DNA of 64,000 nt from an uncultured Candidatus Saccharibacteria bacterium (GCA_964402215.1 CAYOAT010000001.1:134703-198702); one strand, 5' to 3'; shown: positions 30,326-40,294, numbered from the stretch's first letter. The notes: generated from the letters alone by a model not told the origin. Made by a program: numbers and translations.

Positions 30326-31507
30326 TTGAAAATACCGCTTAAAATAAGGCTTATTAAACGAAAATCACATACAAGAGACCAGCTCCCTGAGGACAGTAGT
30401 AATGGGTGCGGCCCGGTAAATAAAGACGAAATAGGAATCTCAAAAAGATTTTCTTTGCGTTTATTGGCCAGATTTATTTCGGCATCACTATTTTTACCTT
30501 ATTTTTCTTTTGCGGCATCATTTCCAATTGTTTCCTTACCAGCGATTATCGGCCAGAATACGGTCAAAGAAAACTTTGATGTTATTACTGAGCCGTCCTT
30601 TAACTCACAAAACGCTGAAATTCTTGCCCCGCAAGTCAATAATAACCAGATAGAGGGAGCAATTGGCGGCGGACGACTATTAGTTATTGATGACACCGCC
30701 CTTGCACCGGAAATTGGTTCGGCCGGAACAACTCTTGATGTGAATTTAACTCAAAATAATGGAAAGATTTCTATTTATGAGGTTCGTGATGGCGATACTC
30801 TGTCGCAAATAGCAGAAATGTTTGGAGTTTCGGCCAATACGATCAGATGGGCTAACGATATAAGCGGAGCAATTCAACCAGGACAGATTCTAGTCATTTT
30901 GCCGGTAACGGGTATCACTCATAAAGTTAAAAGCGGTGGAACAATTGCTGACATTGCCAAAATTTACAAAGCTGACGTGAAAGAAATAGCATTATTCAAC
31001 GGAATTGGAATTGATACTCAATTAAAACCGGGAGACGAAATTATCGTTCCAAATGTTGACCCCGTTGTTAAAAGTAGCGGAAAGAAAACTTCATCATTGG
31101 CTTCTACTTACTCAAGTCCAGCTGCAGCAGCGGGCTATTACATGAACCCTCTTCCTGGAGAAATTCTCACTCAAAATCTTCATGGATATAATTCTGTTGA
31201 TATCGGGGCGCCAAATGGCACACCAATTTATGCTGCGGCGGACGGAAAAGTTATTGATAGTAGATACGGCGGTTGGAATGGAGGATATGCGGTGATGATA
31301 ATTATTTCACACGATAATGGTACGCAGACATTGTATGCACATCTAAGTGATAACCTGACAAAAATTGGTCAAAAAGTTGATAAGGGTGATGTGATTGGGT
31401 ACGTTGGATCAACAGGTAACTCGACAGGACCACACTTACATTTTGAAGTGCGTGGTGCCAAAAATCCTCTGTCAGTTTGCCGCGTAGGTTCACCTTGTAA
31501 CATATAG
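30326..31507 (+). CDS. LysM + M23 peptidase (peptidoglycan endopeptidase)
   Basis: YEVRDGDTLSQIA LysM repeats; HGYNSVD, YAHL, GNSTGPHLHFEV; start uncertain. Confidence 0.9.
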   Translation: MKIPLKIRLIKRKSHTRDQLPEDSSNGCGPVNKDEIGISKRFSLRLLARFISASLFLPYFSFAASFPIVSLPAIIGQNTVKENFDVITEPSFNSQNAEILAPQVNNNQIEGAIGGGRLLVIDDTALAPEIGSAGTTLDVNLTQNNGKISIYEVRDGDTLSQIAEMFGVSANTIRWANDISGAIQPGQILVILPVTGITHKVKSGGTIADIAKIYKADVKEIALFNGIGIDTQLKPGDEIIVPNVDPVVKSSGKKTSSLASTYSSPAAAAGYYMNPLPGEILTQNLHGYNSVDIGAPNGTPIYAAADGKVIDSRYGGWNGGYAVMIIISHDNGTQTLYAHLSDNLTKIGQKVDKGDVIGYVGSTGNSTGPHLHFEVRGAKNPLSVCRVGSPCNI

Positions 31508-31508
31508 T

Positions 31509-33032
31509 TTAATTGTATAAATCCTTTGGTCGATATTGCAAAGCCTCTAAAATATGGGGCTGTTTTATTTTTTCAGATAATTCGATGTCCGCAATTGTTC
31601 TGGCAAGTTTCAATATATTGTAGTAACTTCGCACAGATAAACTAAGTTTTTCGGCGGAATTGTCTAAAATATTTTGCGTTGTTTCATCAAGGGAACAATA
31701 TTTTTTGATTTCATTTAAAGATAAATTGTGGTTTAATTTTCCAATTCTGTTAATTTGAAGCTTTCTTGTATCGGAAACTATTTTTTTCGCTTCTGACGAC
31801 TTTAATCCACTATTTTGATAAACATTTTTTGGGTTCAGTTTTTTGTAATCAATTGTGGCAACTTCAATCCAAATATCTATTCTGTCTATAATTGGGCCAG
31901 AAATTTTTCTTTTATAATTTTGTATTGAATTTTGTGTACACAAACACTGTTTAATATTAGTTTTAAAGTATCCACAAGGACAAGGATTCATTGATACAAC
32001 AAGAGTAAAGTTTGCAGGAAATTTTGTGGCGCCTGAAGCTCTGGATATAGTGATACTGTGTTCTTCTAATGGTTGACGAAGAGAATCAATAACTCGACGA
32101 TCAAATTCTGGAAATTCGTCCAAAAATAAAACACCGTTGTGGGCTAATGTAATTTCACCGGATTTCAGATTATTTCCTCCCCCGATTATCGACACATATG
32201 AAGATGTGTGATGACGAGCACGAAATGGAGGAATTATAATCAAATCACGTAGCTGTTCGTTTATTGAATATATAGATGAACATTCGATTATTTTTTGTGT
32301 ATCAAGTGGGGGCAGAATTTCCTTTAGGGATTTTGCTAGCATGGTTTTTCCAGTTCCCGGCGGTCCAAATAATGAAATGTTGTGACCACCACTGGCCGCG
32401 ATAATCAACCCCCTCTTTGCGTTCTCTGCGCCGATTATTTGGTCAAACAAATTTTCATCTTTTTGAGCAGAAATCATTTTCACATCATTACAAGCGTTGT
32501 TTATTATTTTTTCTTTGCCAGAAATATGATTAATAATTTCATTTAAATTTTTTGCGCCAAAAACTTTTATATTATCTATAATTTTGGTTTCCGAAATATT
32601 TTGATAAGGAACAAAGATTTCTTTGAAGCCATGTTGTTTTGCAAAAGATACGATTGGCAAAACTCCGCAAACAGGGCGTAATTTGCCATCAAGTGATAAT
32701 TCACCGACAAATAATCTGTCTTGAGTTTCTGCTTTTATTTCTCTTGCAGCAATTAAATATGCTATTGCGACTGGAACATCAAAACAGTTGCCAGATTTTT
32801 TTAAATCTGCTGGCGCAAGAGAGATAACCATTTTTTGATTTTTCTGTTTTGGAGCTGTAAAACCAGAATTTTTTATTGCAGCTGAAACACGGTCTTTTGC
32901 CTCTTCAACTGCTTTGTCAGGTAAACCAACAATTACAATAGAAAAAAGACCACGAGAAATATCGATTTCAATATCTACAAGGTCCGCACCAAGTAATTTC
33001 GCTTGTGCGCTATGAACTTTTGAAAAATACAC
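31509..33032 (-). CDS. comM: ComM/YifB Mg-chelatase-like AAA+ ATPase
   Basis: VGLPDKAVEEAKDRV, LAPADLKK, GPPGTGKT, LAHNGVLFLDEFPEF, NPCPCG, LARTIAD; probable start GTG 33032. Confidence 0.93.
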   Translation of the reverse strand: MYFSKVHSAQAKLLGADLVDIEIDISRGLFSIVIVGLPDKAVEEAKDRVSAAIKNSGFTAPKQKNQKMVISLAPADLKKSGNCFDVPVAIAYLIAAREIKAETQDRLFVGELSLDGKLRPVCGVLPIVSFAKQHGFKEIFVPYQNISETKIIDNIKVFGAKNLNEIINHISGKEKIINNACNDVKMISAQKDENLFDQIIGAENAKRGLIIAASGGHNISLFGPPGTGKTMLAKSLKEILPPLDTQKIIECSSIYSINEQLRDLIIIPPFRARHHTSSYVSIIGGGNNLKSGEITLAHNGVLFLDEFPEFDRRVIDSLRQPLEEHSITISRASGATKFPANFTLVVSMNPCPCGYFKTNIKQCLCTQNSIQNYKRKISGPIIDRIDIWIEVATIDYKKLNPKNVYQNSGLKSSEAKKIVSDTRKLQINRIGKLNHNLSLNEIKKYCSLDETTQNILDNSAEKLSLSVRSYYNILKLARTIADIELSEKIKQPHILEALQYRPKDLYN

Positions 33033-33055
33033 ACCCCGTATTTTGGGGTGTGTAT
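33022..33055 (-). terminator. Intrinsic terminator-like hairpin overlapping the comM start
   Basis: Perfect 11-bp stem ATACACACCCC/GGGGTGTGTAT followed by a T run on the minus strand. Confidence 0.6.
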
Positions 33056-33082
33056 CTAAAATCAATCTAAATTCTTAATAAA

Positions 33083-33439
33083 TTAATTACAAGTTCTAGC
33101 GGCTGGATATGCCTCTAATCTATTTAACGGAATTTGTTTACCTGTAGCTTCACAGATACCAAAAGTACCTTTTTCTATTCTCTCAAGTGCTGCTTTTACT
33201 TCAACCAGTTCTGTTTCAAGCTCTTTTAAAATAGCTGTATTTTGTTCAAATTGCTCGATTTCGTCTGCAAAGTCATTTGGATCCGCAGTAGCCTCTGCTA
33301 CCTCCCCAGGGGTCGGTTCCCAATCGTTAGGGTTGTCTGGGTTTACTCTACCAACAGACTTTAACTCAACTATTAAACGCTCTTCTTCTTTTAAAAGTTT
33401 TTCCTTAAAATAATTAAGATCGATTTTTTCTGTTTCCAT
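33083..33439 (-). CDS. DksA/TraR family protein (degenerate Zn finger)
   Basis: DPNDFAD coiled-coil tip, ALERIEKGTFGICEATG..I...RLEAYPAARTC. Confidence 0.85.
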   Translation of the reverse strand: METEKIDLNYFKEKLLKEEERLIVELKSVGRVNPDNPNDWEPTPGEVAEATADPNDFADEIEQFEQNTAILKELETELVEVKAALERIEKGTFGICEATGKQIPLNRLEAYPAARTCN

Positions 33440-33477
33440 ATTTTTATATTAACATTTTAACTTTAACTGACAAACAT

Positions 33478-34479
33478 TTACCTAACAATATTTTGAAGAT
33501 TCAATTTTGTAGCGATTTCTTGAACAACTGCAGGCTTTGAGGTAATTAATAAGTGATCATTGTTTACAAAAGTATAAAAGAAAAGAATTTGATTTTGACT
33601 ATTAATTATCGCCCTTACGTCTTTGTTATAGATAACGATATCTGTAAATTTATTTGGATCAAAATAAGCTACGCCAGTGTTGTTTGGTGTAAGAGTCAGA
33701 AAGTCATTTGTTCCAAGTGTTTTAAAGAAGATATCATTGATTTCCCTGTATAATTTTATTTCCCAATTCAACATTCCAGAAAAGACCCTCTCGTATTCTA
33801 GCGTTTTTATCAAAATAAAAGGAACTGTGTCCCCTTCAGTCTTGATTAGACCAAGTAAATAGTTTTCACCGAGCGATCGCATCATCGTGTCGTCAGGATA
33901 AAATTCTAGATATTTGAATAATTCTTGGATATTAATTTTTTCTTTGACCTCAATAGTTTTATCGCCTTTTGTAATAGGGACAGTTTTGTTTATCACAATT
34001 TCGGCAATTTCACTGTTGTTTAAATCAGTTGGTGGATTTTCAATATTTCCAACAATTTCTTTTTTTACTTCCGATCCCAATTTGTAGTCGGCGACAATCT
34101 CTATTTCTTGTTTTTTATCAATCAAGACATCCCGAAAGTTTTTTGGAATATTTGAAGTAAAATCTCCATCGTTTTTTAGCAGATAAAACGCGCCCCATAA
34201 TATTAATCCAGCCAAGATAAAAAGACATAAACTAACAATAATTATTAATGAAATTTTCTTCTTTGTTTCATCGGCACCTCTAATTTGTTCTGTTTCGTAT
34301 TGTCTTTTTTGTTCAGCTGCAATAATTTTGGAAGTAGAAATCTGCCCTCTTTTTACAAAGTTTGCAACGTCCTCCTCATAAGTACGTAAAGGGCGAGTAA
34401 CAAATTTTTCTTTTGCCACTGGGGCAGTTGAATTTGTTTGTATTTCTCCGTTATTAGAATTATTAGGTTCTTCTACCAT
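33478..34479 (-). CDS. Hypothetical single-pass membrane protein
   Basis: 333-aa ORF, LRTYEED motif, one TM helix, FSGMLNWE. Confidence 0.65.
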   Translation of the reverse strand: MVEEPNNSNNGEIQTNSTAPVAKEKFVTRPLRTYEEDVANFVKRGQISTSKIIAAEQKRQYETEQIRGADETKKKISLIIIVSLCLFILAGLILWGAFYLLKNDGDFTSNIPKNFRDVLIDKKQEIEIVADYKLGSEVKKEIVGNIENPPTDLNNSEIAEIVINKTVPITKGDKTIEVKEKINIQELFKYLEFYPDDTMMRSLGENYLLGLIKTEGDTVPFILIKTLEYERVFSGMLNWEIKLYREINDIFFKTLGTNDFLTLTPNNTGVAYFDPNKFTDIVIYNKDVRAIINSQNQILFFYTFVNNDHLLITSKPAVVQEIATKLNLQNIVR

Positions 34480-34501
34480 GGGTACATTTTATCTACTCTT
34501 T

Positions 34502-35029
34502 TTATTTTCGCCAATTTTTTGACTGACCAATTAGGAATCTTCCTGGTTCCCTATCGATATCGATAAAGTCATCGGCAGCTTCTATTAATTTACTTGATGA
34601 AGATCTTCCAAATGATATTACTTCAACTTGGCAACCACCACTGGTTTTTAAATATTCAACTAATGGGACAAAATCCCCGTCACCAGATGCAATCACGATC
34701 GAGTCCACCTTATTCATTGCTTTAATTGTGTCGACAGCCAAGCCGATATCCCAATCACCTTTTTTAGCTCCTCCAGAAAAAACCTGTAGGTCCTTGGTTT
34801 TTGTTTCTATACCAAGTTTACTAAGTGCATCAAAAAAGCCCTGCTCTTCACCACTTTCTGAAGTGATGACATAAGCAATCGCTCTGGCCAATTTTCTTCC
34901 TGCAACGGCCTCTTTCAAAACTGTTCCAAAATTAACTTTCTTCTTATATAAATTCTTTGCGCTGTGATACAAATTTTGTGTATCTATAAAAACAGCAACG
35001 CGCTGTTCTTTGTGTTTAATTACTGACAT
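34502..35029 (-). CDS. NYN domain (LabA/DUF88) protein
   Basis: VFIDTQNLY, KGDWDIGLAVD, SGDGDFVPL, ADDFID. Confidence 0.9.
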   Translation of the reverse strand: MSVIKHKEQRVAVFIDTQNLYHSAKNLYKKKVNFGTVLKEAVAGRKLARAIAYVITSESGEEQGFFDALSKLGIETKTKDLQVFSGGAKKGDWDIGLAVDTIKAMNKVDSIVIASGDGDFVPLVEYLKTSGGCQVEVISFGRSSSSKLIEAADDFIDIDREPGRFLIGQSKNWRK

Positions 35030-35116
35030 ATAAAAATAAAAATGAAATATTAAAAATATTAAAAATCACGCTTCTCGCTAAATTATATCAAAAAATAGAG
35101 ATATCTGCTTGGAAAA

Positions 35117-35377
35117 TTATAGACCAACTTTTTTTGCCAAAGCCTTGTGTCTTCTTGGACTCTTTTTTATCAAATACTTTAATAGTGTTTGTCTATTCGC
35201 AACCATTCCCAATAAACCACGTCTTGAATGATTATCTTTTGGGTGTTTTTTTAAGTGTTTTGTTAATTCTTCTATACCTTTAGTTAATATGGAGATTTGA
35301 ACCTCGGCAGAACCTGTGTCCTTGGCGTGGGTCTGAACTTCCTTTATTGCCTTTGTTTTCTTTGATTTTGTAAGCAT
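35117..35377 (-). CDS. rpsO: 30S ribosomal protein S15
   Basis: DTGSAEVQI, HLKKHPKDNHSRRGLL. Confidence 0.97.
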   Translation of the reverse strand: MLTKSKKTKAIKEVQTHAKDTGSAEVQISILTKGIEELTKHLKKHPKDNHSRRGLLGMVANRQTLLKYLIKKSPRRHKALAKKVGL

Positions 35378-35501
35378 GATAAAAAAGATGGTAACACAAA
35401 TTAACTAGTATTGCAAGCCGTTATATTGGCGAGCCACACTTGGCCGTGATGAGCAGACCCCACACATAATATTGTGCGACATTAAATGATATAATGAAAT
35501 T

Positions 35502-36452
35502 ATGTCGAATAAGTCTGAAATTGATACTTTGCGTCAAGAATTTCTCGAATATATAGAAATTGAGAGAGGACGAAGCGTTAAAACCGTTGAAAATTACGAT
35601 CATTATTTAAGCCGTTTTTTTGCTGAACAAGGTATTAAAGAAGTTAAAGATATTACTGAGCGGGCAGTTCGTGAATTTCGTCTTTGGTTGAATCGTCAAA
35701 ATACAACGAAAAATATCGGTGGAAGGCTAACCTCCGGTACAATGAAGAAAAGAACTCAAAATTACTATTTAATCGCCCTTAGATCTTTTCTTAAATTTCT
35801 TTTAAAGAGAAATTATAAAGTAATCGCTCCAGATCAAATTGAATTAGCAAAAATTCCAGAGCGTTCTATCGATTTAATTACAAATGACGAATTAAGGAGG
35901 ATTATGGAGGGACCGAAAGGTCAAGACATAAAAGATTTGCGTGACAAAGCGATTTTAGAATTATTTTTTTCGACAGGACTCCGTGTTTCTGAATTATGTT
36001 CATTGAATCGTGAAGTTGATTTGAGTCGAGGAGAATTTGCGATACGAGGAAAAGGAGACAAAATTCGTGTTGTTTTTATTTCTGATTCAGCAAAAAAATC
36101 ATTGGATAAATATTTAGATAAAAGAGATGATATGGACGAGGCAATGTTTGTTCAGCTTGCAGGGAAAGGCGGAAATGATTTATTAAAAAAGAAAGAATCA
36201 ATAAGACTTACTCCGCGATCAATTGAAAGGATAGTCAGATTTTATGCTGTTAAAGCTGGTATTTCAAAGAAAGTTACGCCTCACATTATTCGCCACTCAT
36301 TTGCCACTGATTTACTGTCTAATGGAGCTGATTTGCGTTCTGTTCAGGCGTTACTTGGTCACGCAAATATCACTACAACCCAGGTTTATACTCACGTTAC
36401 AGATAGACATTTAAAAGAAATTCACAATAAATTTCATAATAAAGGATTGTAA
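35502..36452 (+). CDS. XerC/XerD-like tyrosine recombinase
   Basis: STGLRVSEL, GKGDK.R, TPHIIRHSFAT, LLGH..ITTTQVYTH. Confidence 0.92.
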   Translation: MSNKSEIDTLRQEFLEYIEIERGRSVKTVENYDHYLSRFFAEQGIKEVKDITERAVREFRLWLNRQNTTKNIGGRLTSGTMKKRTQNYYLIALRSFLKFLLKRNYKVIAPDQIELAKIPERSIDLITNDELRRIMEGPKGQDIKDLRDKAILELFFSTGLRVSELCSLNREVDLSRGEFAIRGKGDKIRVVFISDSAKKSLDKYLDKRDDMDEAMFVQLAGKGGNDLLKKKESIRLTPRSIERIVRFYAVKAGISKKVTPHIIRHSFATDLLSNGADLRSVQALLGHANITTTQVYTHVTDRHLKEIHNKFHNKGL

Positions 36453-36470
36453 AATTTAATTAAGAAAATG

Positions 36471-36510
36471 AAAAAGGCGCTTGATGTATCAACATACTGT
36501 CAGGCGCCTT
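36471..36510. terminator. Terminator-like hairpin between xer and the orphan gene
   Basis: AAGGCGCTTGA...TCAGGCGCCTT, with a T run on the minus strand. Confidence 0.6.
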
Positions 36511-36552
36511 GTGAAATTAATGCTGGTTAATTTCGTTTGCTTCTACTGCTTG

Positions 36553-36942
36553 TTACGGCAGTTCTTTTTTTGCTTCTGCCAGTGCCGTCTCGCAGCCGAT
36601 ATGGTTTTTCCCGATCACCAAGAGGTCTTTGCCGTGATTTACAAACACGACGCAAACTTCGTAATGATATTCCACGCCTGCTCGAGCCAGCGAATCTTGC
36701 ATGAAAAGTTTCAGCTGCTGTTCCGCCGCGTCCTTTCCAACGAGCCAGCAAGCCACGGTGTGTTCACCGCCACCTGCTTTGATTTTTTTCACGAGTTTCT
36801 CGAGCAATTCTTTGCCTTCAGGCAAGGATTCGCTCTTTATGGCGAAACAATTCAGTGCCGCACGCTTCTTTGCGGCAATGATTTGCGTCGACCTCGTCGT
36901 GAAAACGTACTTTCCAACTCCAATTCCTCTGCTATCTTGCAT
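36553..36942 (-). CDS. GC-rich orphan protein
   Basis: 129-aa ORF with upstream TTGACA-18-TATAAT (37029-37000) and AAGGAG; GC far above the flanks. Confidence 0.6.
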   Translation of the reverse strand: MQDSRGIGVGKYVFTTRSTQIIAAKKRAALNCFAIKSESLPEGKELLEKLVKKIKAGGGEHTVACWLVGKDAAEQQLKLFMQDSLARAGVEYHYEVCVVFVNHGKDLLVIGKNHIGCETALAEAKKELP

Positions 36943-37084
36943 ACAATCACCATTCTCCTTATTCTGCTTGTTTGTAACGAACTAACCAGCAAGGCAAAAA
37001 TTATACACAACTTTTATGAGTATTGTCAAATTTTAAAAAGTCGGATGTGTACAACTTAATATGCTAATATTTATTTAATATTAT

Positions 37085-37858
37085 ATGAAAATAATTTCTT
37101 GGAATGTAAACGGTATTCGTGCGTGGCACAAAAAAGGTTGTCTAGAATGTTTACTTGAAACTAATCCGGACATAATCTGTTTTCAAGAAACAAAAGCTGA
37201 GAAAGAACAATTACCACCAGAGCTAGTAAATATTCCAGGATATTTTTCTTATTTTAATTCTTCTGCTGAAAGAAAAGGTCACTCGGGTACAGCAGTTTTT
37301 ACTAAGGCAAAACCAGACAATGTAACTTATGGCCTTGGTGTTAATGGTTTAGACGAGCAGGGCCGCCAAATCAACTTGTTTTATAAAGATTTTGTTCTAA
37401 TTAATTGTTACTTCCCTAACGGTGGCGGGCCAAAAGAGAGATTAGAGAAAAAACTTCGTTACTATAATGAATTTCTAAAATTTTTAAATAAGATAAGAAA
37501 AAGTGGTAAAAAAATAATTTTTTGTGGTGATGTAAATGTTGCACATAATGAAATAGATTTAGCACGACCAGAAAGTAATAAAGAAAATGTTGGTTTCTTG
37601 CCTGTTGAAAGAAAATGGGTTGATGAGTTAATTGAAAATAACTATGTTGACACATTCAGAAATCTGTATCCGAAAAAAGTTGTATATTCGTGGTGGGATA
37701 TGAAAACAAGAGCGCGTGATAGAAATGTTGGTTGGCGCCTAGACTACTTTTTCGTTGATAATACCCTCACAAATAAAGTCAAAGATTCACTAATTCATTT
37801 TAATGTTATTGGATCTGACCACGCGCCGATTGAACTACAAATTGATTTGAAATTATAA
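37085..37858 (+). CDS. xth: Exodeoxyribonuclease III
   Basis: SWNVNGIRA, QETK, CGDVNVAH, GWRLDYF, SDHAP. Confidence 0.95.
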   Translation: MKIISWNVNGIRAWHKKGCLECLLETNPDIICFQETKAEKEQLPPELVNIPGYFSYFNSSAERKGHSGTAVFTKAKPDNVTYGLGVNGLDEQGRQINLFYKDFVLINCYFPNGGGPKERLEKKLRYYNEFLKFLNKIRKSGKKIIFCGDVNVAHNEIDLARPESNKENVGFLPVERKWVDELIENNYVDTFRNLYPKKVVYSWWDMKTRARDRNVGWRLDYFFVDNTLTNKVKDSLIHFNVIGSDHAPIELQIDLKL

Positions 37859-38156
37859 AGGACACTTATCCACATTAATGTCCTTTACAAATGTCCTTTA
37901 AGAAATACAATATATTCAGGATTGTTCATTTCAGTTCTTTCCACAATTAAATATATAATTTCGTTCTGCTCTCGCGCGCATGTAACCCTCTTAGGGAAAA
38001 TTAAAAGGCGGTGCAATGAGCTAAAAACGGAAGACCATCGTAAGCTTCAAAACAATATAATAATAGTCCTCAACACTCCTATTATTCAAAAATAAAGTTC
38101 CCCACTTTATCCCAATTTCACTGAAGTCTACGGTGGTTTTTTATTTGTCTAAAATA

Positions 38157-38183
38157 AAAGGCCAAGACGTTATAAATCTTGGC
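38157..38183 (-). terminator. Probable terminator of cca
   Basis: GCCAAGA/TCTTGGC stem followed by CTTTT on the minus strand. Confidence 0.5.
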
Positions 38184-38203
38184 ACAATTATTCAAAAATG
38201 TTT

Positions 38204-39673
38204 CTATTTCACGTGTCTTTTTTGTCTAATTTTTGTAATTTCAGCAGTTTCGGCTTCGTTTTTTACTTCTTTGGCCTTTAGGGCAATGTTTCTCAAGTCT
38301 TTTTCTGACAGATCTAACAGTTTTTCAATTTGTTTCACAAGAAACGCCTCTGTATTTTTTGTTGGATCTTCAATTACCTCTTCTAATAGAGCGTTTAATA
38401 TATAACCAATTCGTGGTCCCGGTTCCATGTGAAACCTTTTCATTATTTCGTTACCATCAATTTTTAGCATTGATACTGAAATAGGGTCTCTTATTACCTC
38501 TTCAATCATTGATTGATATTTGCGCAGCCTGTAAGGCTCTTCCTTTGGTCTTCCTGTGCCTATTCTGTCGCAGATGCGTAGATTCATCAATTCCCAGATA
38601 TTATCCTTGGAAACCTTGCTTATAAGCCTCCTGACGGCAGATGGTGTGATTTGTTCTGTGTCCGAGAAGAACATGTGGTATCTAACTAGTTTTTCAACCT
38701 TATCAATAACCTCTTTTGGAAAAGCTAGTTTTTTTAATGTTTCGCGCGCTATTTTTGCGCCGCCTACTTCGTGGTTATAAAAAGTAGTTTTATTTTTTTC
38801 CTCACGTTTTGTTTCGGGTTTTGCCGAATCGTGGAATAGTGCTGCCAATCTAACCTCAAGTGAAAAGTTTTTATCTGCAGCATGCTGAACTGCACGTAAT
38901 GAATGTTCCCAGACGTCATATAAATGAGCTTCTTTATTTTGCTCAACACCAACCATTTCTTCAAGTATTGGTAAAATATGGCTTAAAATATTAAGTCTTT
39001 GGGCAAGACCTAAACCCATGCTTGGGTTTCTTGATAAAATTATTTTCTTGAACTCCTCCCCTATTCTTTCATTCGAAATATGTTTAATCAGAACAGAATT
39101 TTTTAAAATCGATTCTGCAGTTTCTTTTTCAATTACAAAATCAAGTTCCGACGCAAATCTGATTGTTCGCAACATACGAAGTGCGTCTTCGCTAAAACGT
39201 TTATCGGGATCACCCACTGCCCTAACTAATTTTGCCTTCAAATCCTCCTGTCCTTTATAGTTATCTACAATCTGTCCTTTATTAAGATCCACAGCCATTG
39301 CGTTAATTGTAAAGTCCCTTCTCCCTAGGTCATCTTCGATTTTATGGCTAAAGACAACGCTATTTGGATGTCTTTTATCTGAATACTCAGATTCAAGTCT
39401 GTATGGAGTTACTTCAATTACCTTTAGTGTCGGATCTTCTGACTCAGTTTTTACACCTACAGTGCCAAAGGTATTCTCATAAAATGAATCTGGAAAGATT
39501 TTTTGAATTTCTTCCGGGACAGCGTTTGTTGCAAAATCCCAGTCTTTTGGTTTATTACCCAAAATAATATCGCGGACACTACCACCGACGATGTATGCTT
39601 CAAAACCCGCCTCCTTTATTTTTTTTGAGACGTCAATAACTTCATTTGGAATGAGATCGATGTTTATTTTCAC
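38204..39673 (-). CDS. cca: tRNA nucleotidyltransferase (CCA-adding family, HD domain)
   Basis: VGGSVRD..KDWDFAT, DDLGRRDFTINAMA, EDALRMLR, LFHD. Confidence 0.9.
   Translation of the reverse strand: MKINIDLIPNEVIDVSKKIKEAGFEAYIVGGSVRDIILGNKPKDWDFATNAVPEEIQKIFPDSFYENTFGTVGVKTESEDPTLKVIEVTPYRLESEYSDKRHPNSVVFSHKIEDDLGRRDFTINAMAVDLNKGQIVDNYKGQEDLKAKLVRAVGDPDKRFSEDALRMLRTIRFASELDFVIEKETAESILKNSVLIKHISNERIGEEFKKIILSRNPSMGLGLAQRLNILSHILPILEEMVGVEQNKEAHLYDVWEHSLRAVQHAADKNFSLEVRLAALFHDSAKPETKREEKNKTTFYNHEVGGAKIARETLKKLAFPKEVIDKVEKLVRYHMFFSDTEQITPSAVRRLISKVSKDNIWELMNLRICDRIGTGRPKEEPYRLRKYQSMIEEVIRDPISVSMLKIDGNEIMKRFHMEPGPRIGYILNALLEEVIEDPTKNTEAFLVKQIEKLLDLSEKDLRNIALKAKEVKNEAETAEITKIRQKRHVK
38421..38436. 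promoter_or_regulatory. parS-like palindrome inside cca
   Basis: GGTTCCATGTGAAACC versus parS consensus TGTTTCACGTGAAACA. Confidence 0.45.
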
Positions 39674-39730
39674 TAAGTTATTCTAGCCTAATTTTGATTT
39701 TTGGCCAATTTATCGTATGATTTCATTACT

Positions 39731-39802
39731 GCGCCCGTGGTGAAATGGATATCACAACGGTCTTCGGAACCGTCGTTGTGGGTTCGAATCCTGCCGGGCG
39801 CA
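39731..39802 (+). tRNA. tRNA-Arg(UCG)
   Basis: Acceptor GCGCCCG/CGGGCGC, anticodon arm ACGGT-CTTCGGA-ACCGT, TTCGAAT loop; no encoded CCA. Confidence 0.95.
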
Positions 39803-39848
39803 CAAGAAGATGATGTTTTCCGAAAATTATTATTAATAATAAAAACAA

Positions 39849-40079
39849 ATGCTTGAAAAATTTAGGAGTTTAGTTAGAAAAAATAAGAATTTAAACCTTA
39901 TTTTAAGCGGTATTTCGTTGGTTTATATTTGGAGAGGAGTTTGGAGTTTAACTGATATGTTCACATACGGTGAATATTCAAGTCCAGAATTTTGGTCATA
40001 TTTAATTCCAATGATTATTTCTTTCGCTTATATTTATTTTAATGATTATAAGTTTGATGAGTTGGTTCATAAGGATTAA
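39849..40079 (+). CDS. Small two-TM hypothetical protein
   Basis: 76 aa, VYIWRGVWSLTD motif; lies between two tRNAs. Confidence 0.65.
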   Translation: MLEKFRSLVRKNKNLNLILSGISLVYIWRGVWSLTDMFTYGEYSSPEFWSYLIPMIISFAYIYFNDYKFDELVHKD

Positions 40080-40133
40080 TTTAAAAAGGATCTATTGAAT
40101 TTTCTTTAAAAAAGATTATACTTTAGATCTTCT

Positions 40134-40204
40134 GCGAGTATGGTTTAGTGGTAGAATGCGTCCTTGCCAAGGACGAGACGGGAGTTCGATTCTCCCTACT
40201 CGCA
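40134..40204 (+). tRNA. tRNA-Gly(GCC)
   Basis: GCGAGTA/TACTCGC acceptor, CGTCC-TTGCCAA-GGACG anticodon arm; A73, no CCA. Confidence 0.95.
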
Positions 40205-40294
40205 CAAAATATTTTCAATATCAGATAAGGACAAGTTGTTTTTGTAAATAATTGTCTGTTAAAAAACGCTCAAAATCTGGGTTATTTGGTGTTA

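Noticed and set aside
35415-35490. GC-rich patch upstream of xer as a dif site, hammerhead ribozyme or tRNA remnant
   Set aside because: The XerD-type arm TTATGTTAAAT is not matched, the core is GTGATGA rather than CTGANGA, there is no cloverleaf, and dif is not expected near oriC.
36481-37059. 192-aa plus-strand ORF and other overlapping frames in the GC-rich patch
   Set aside because: Shadow ORFs caused by high GC; promoter, SD and terminator all support the minus-strand 129-aa gene.
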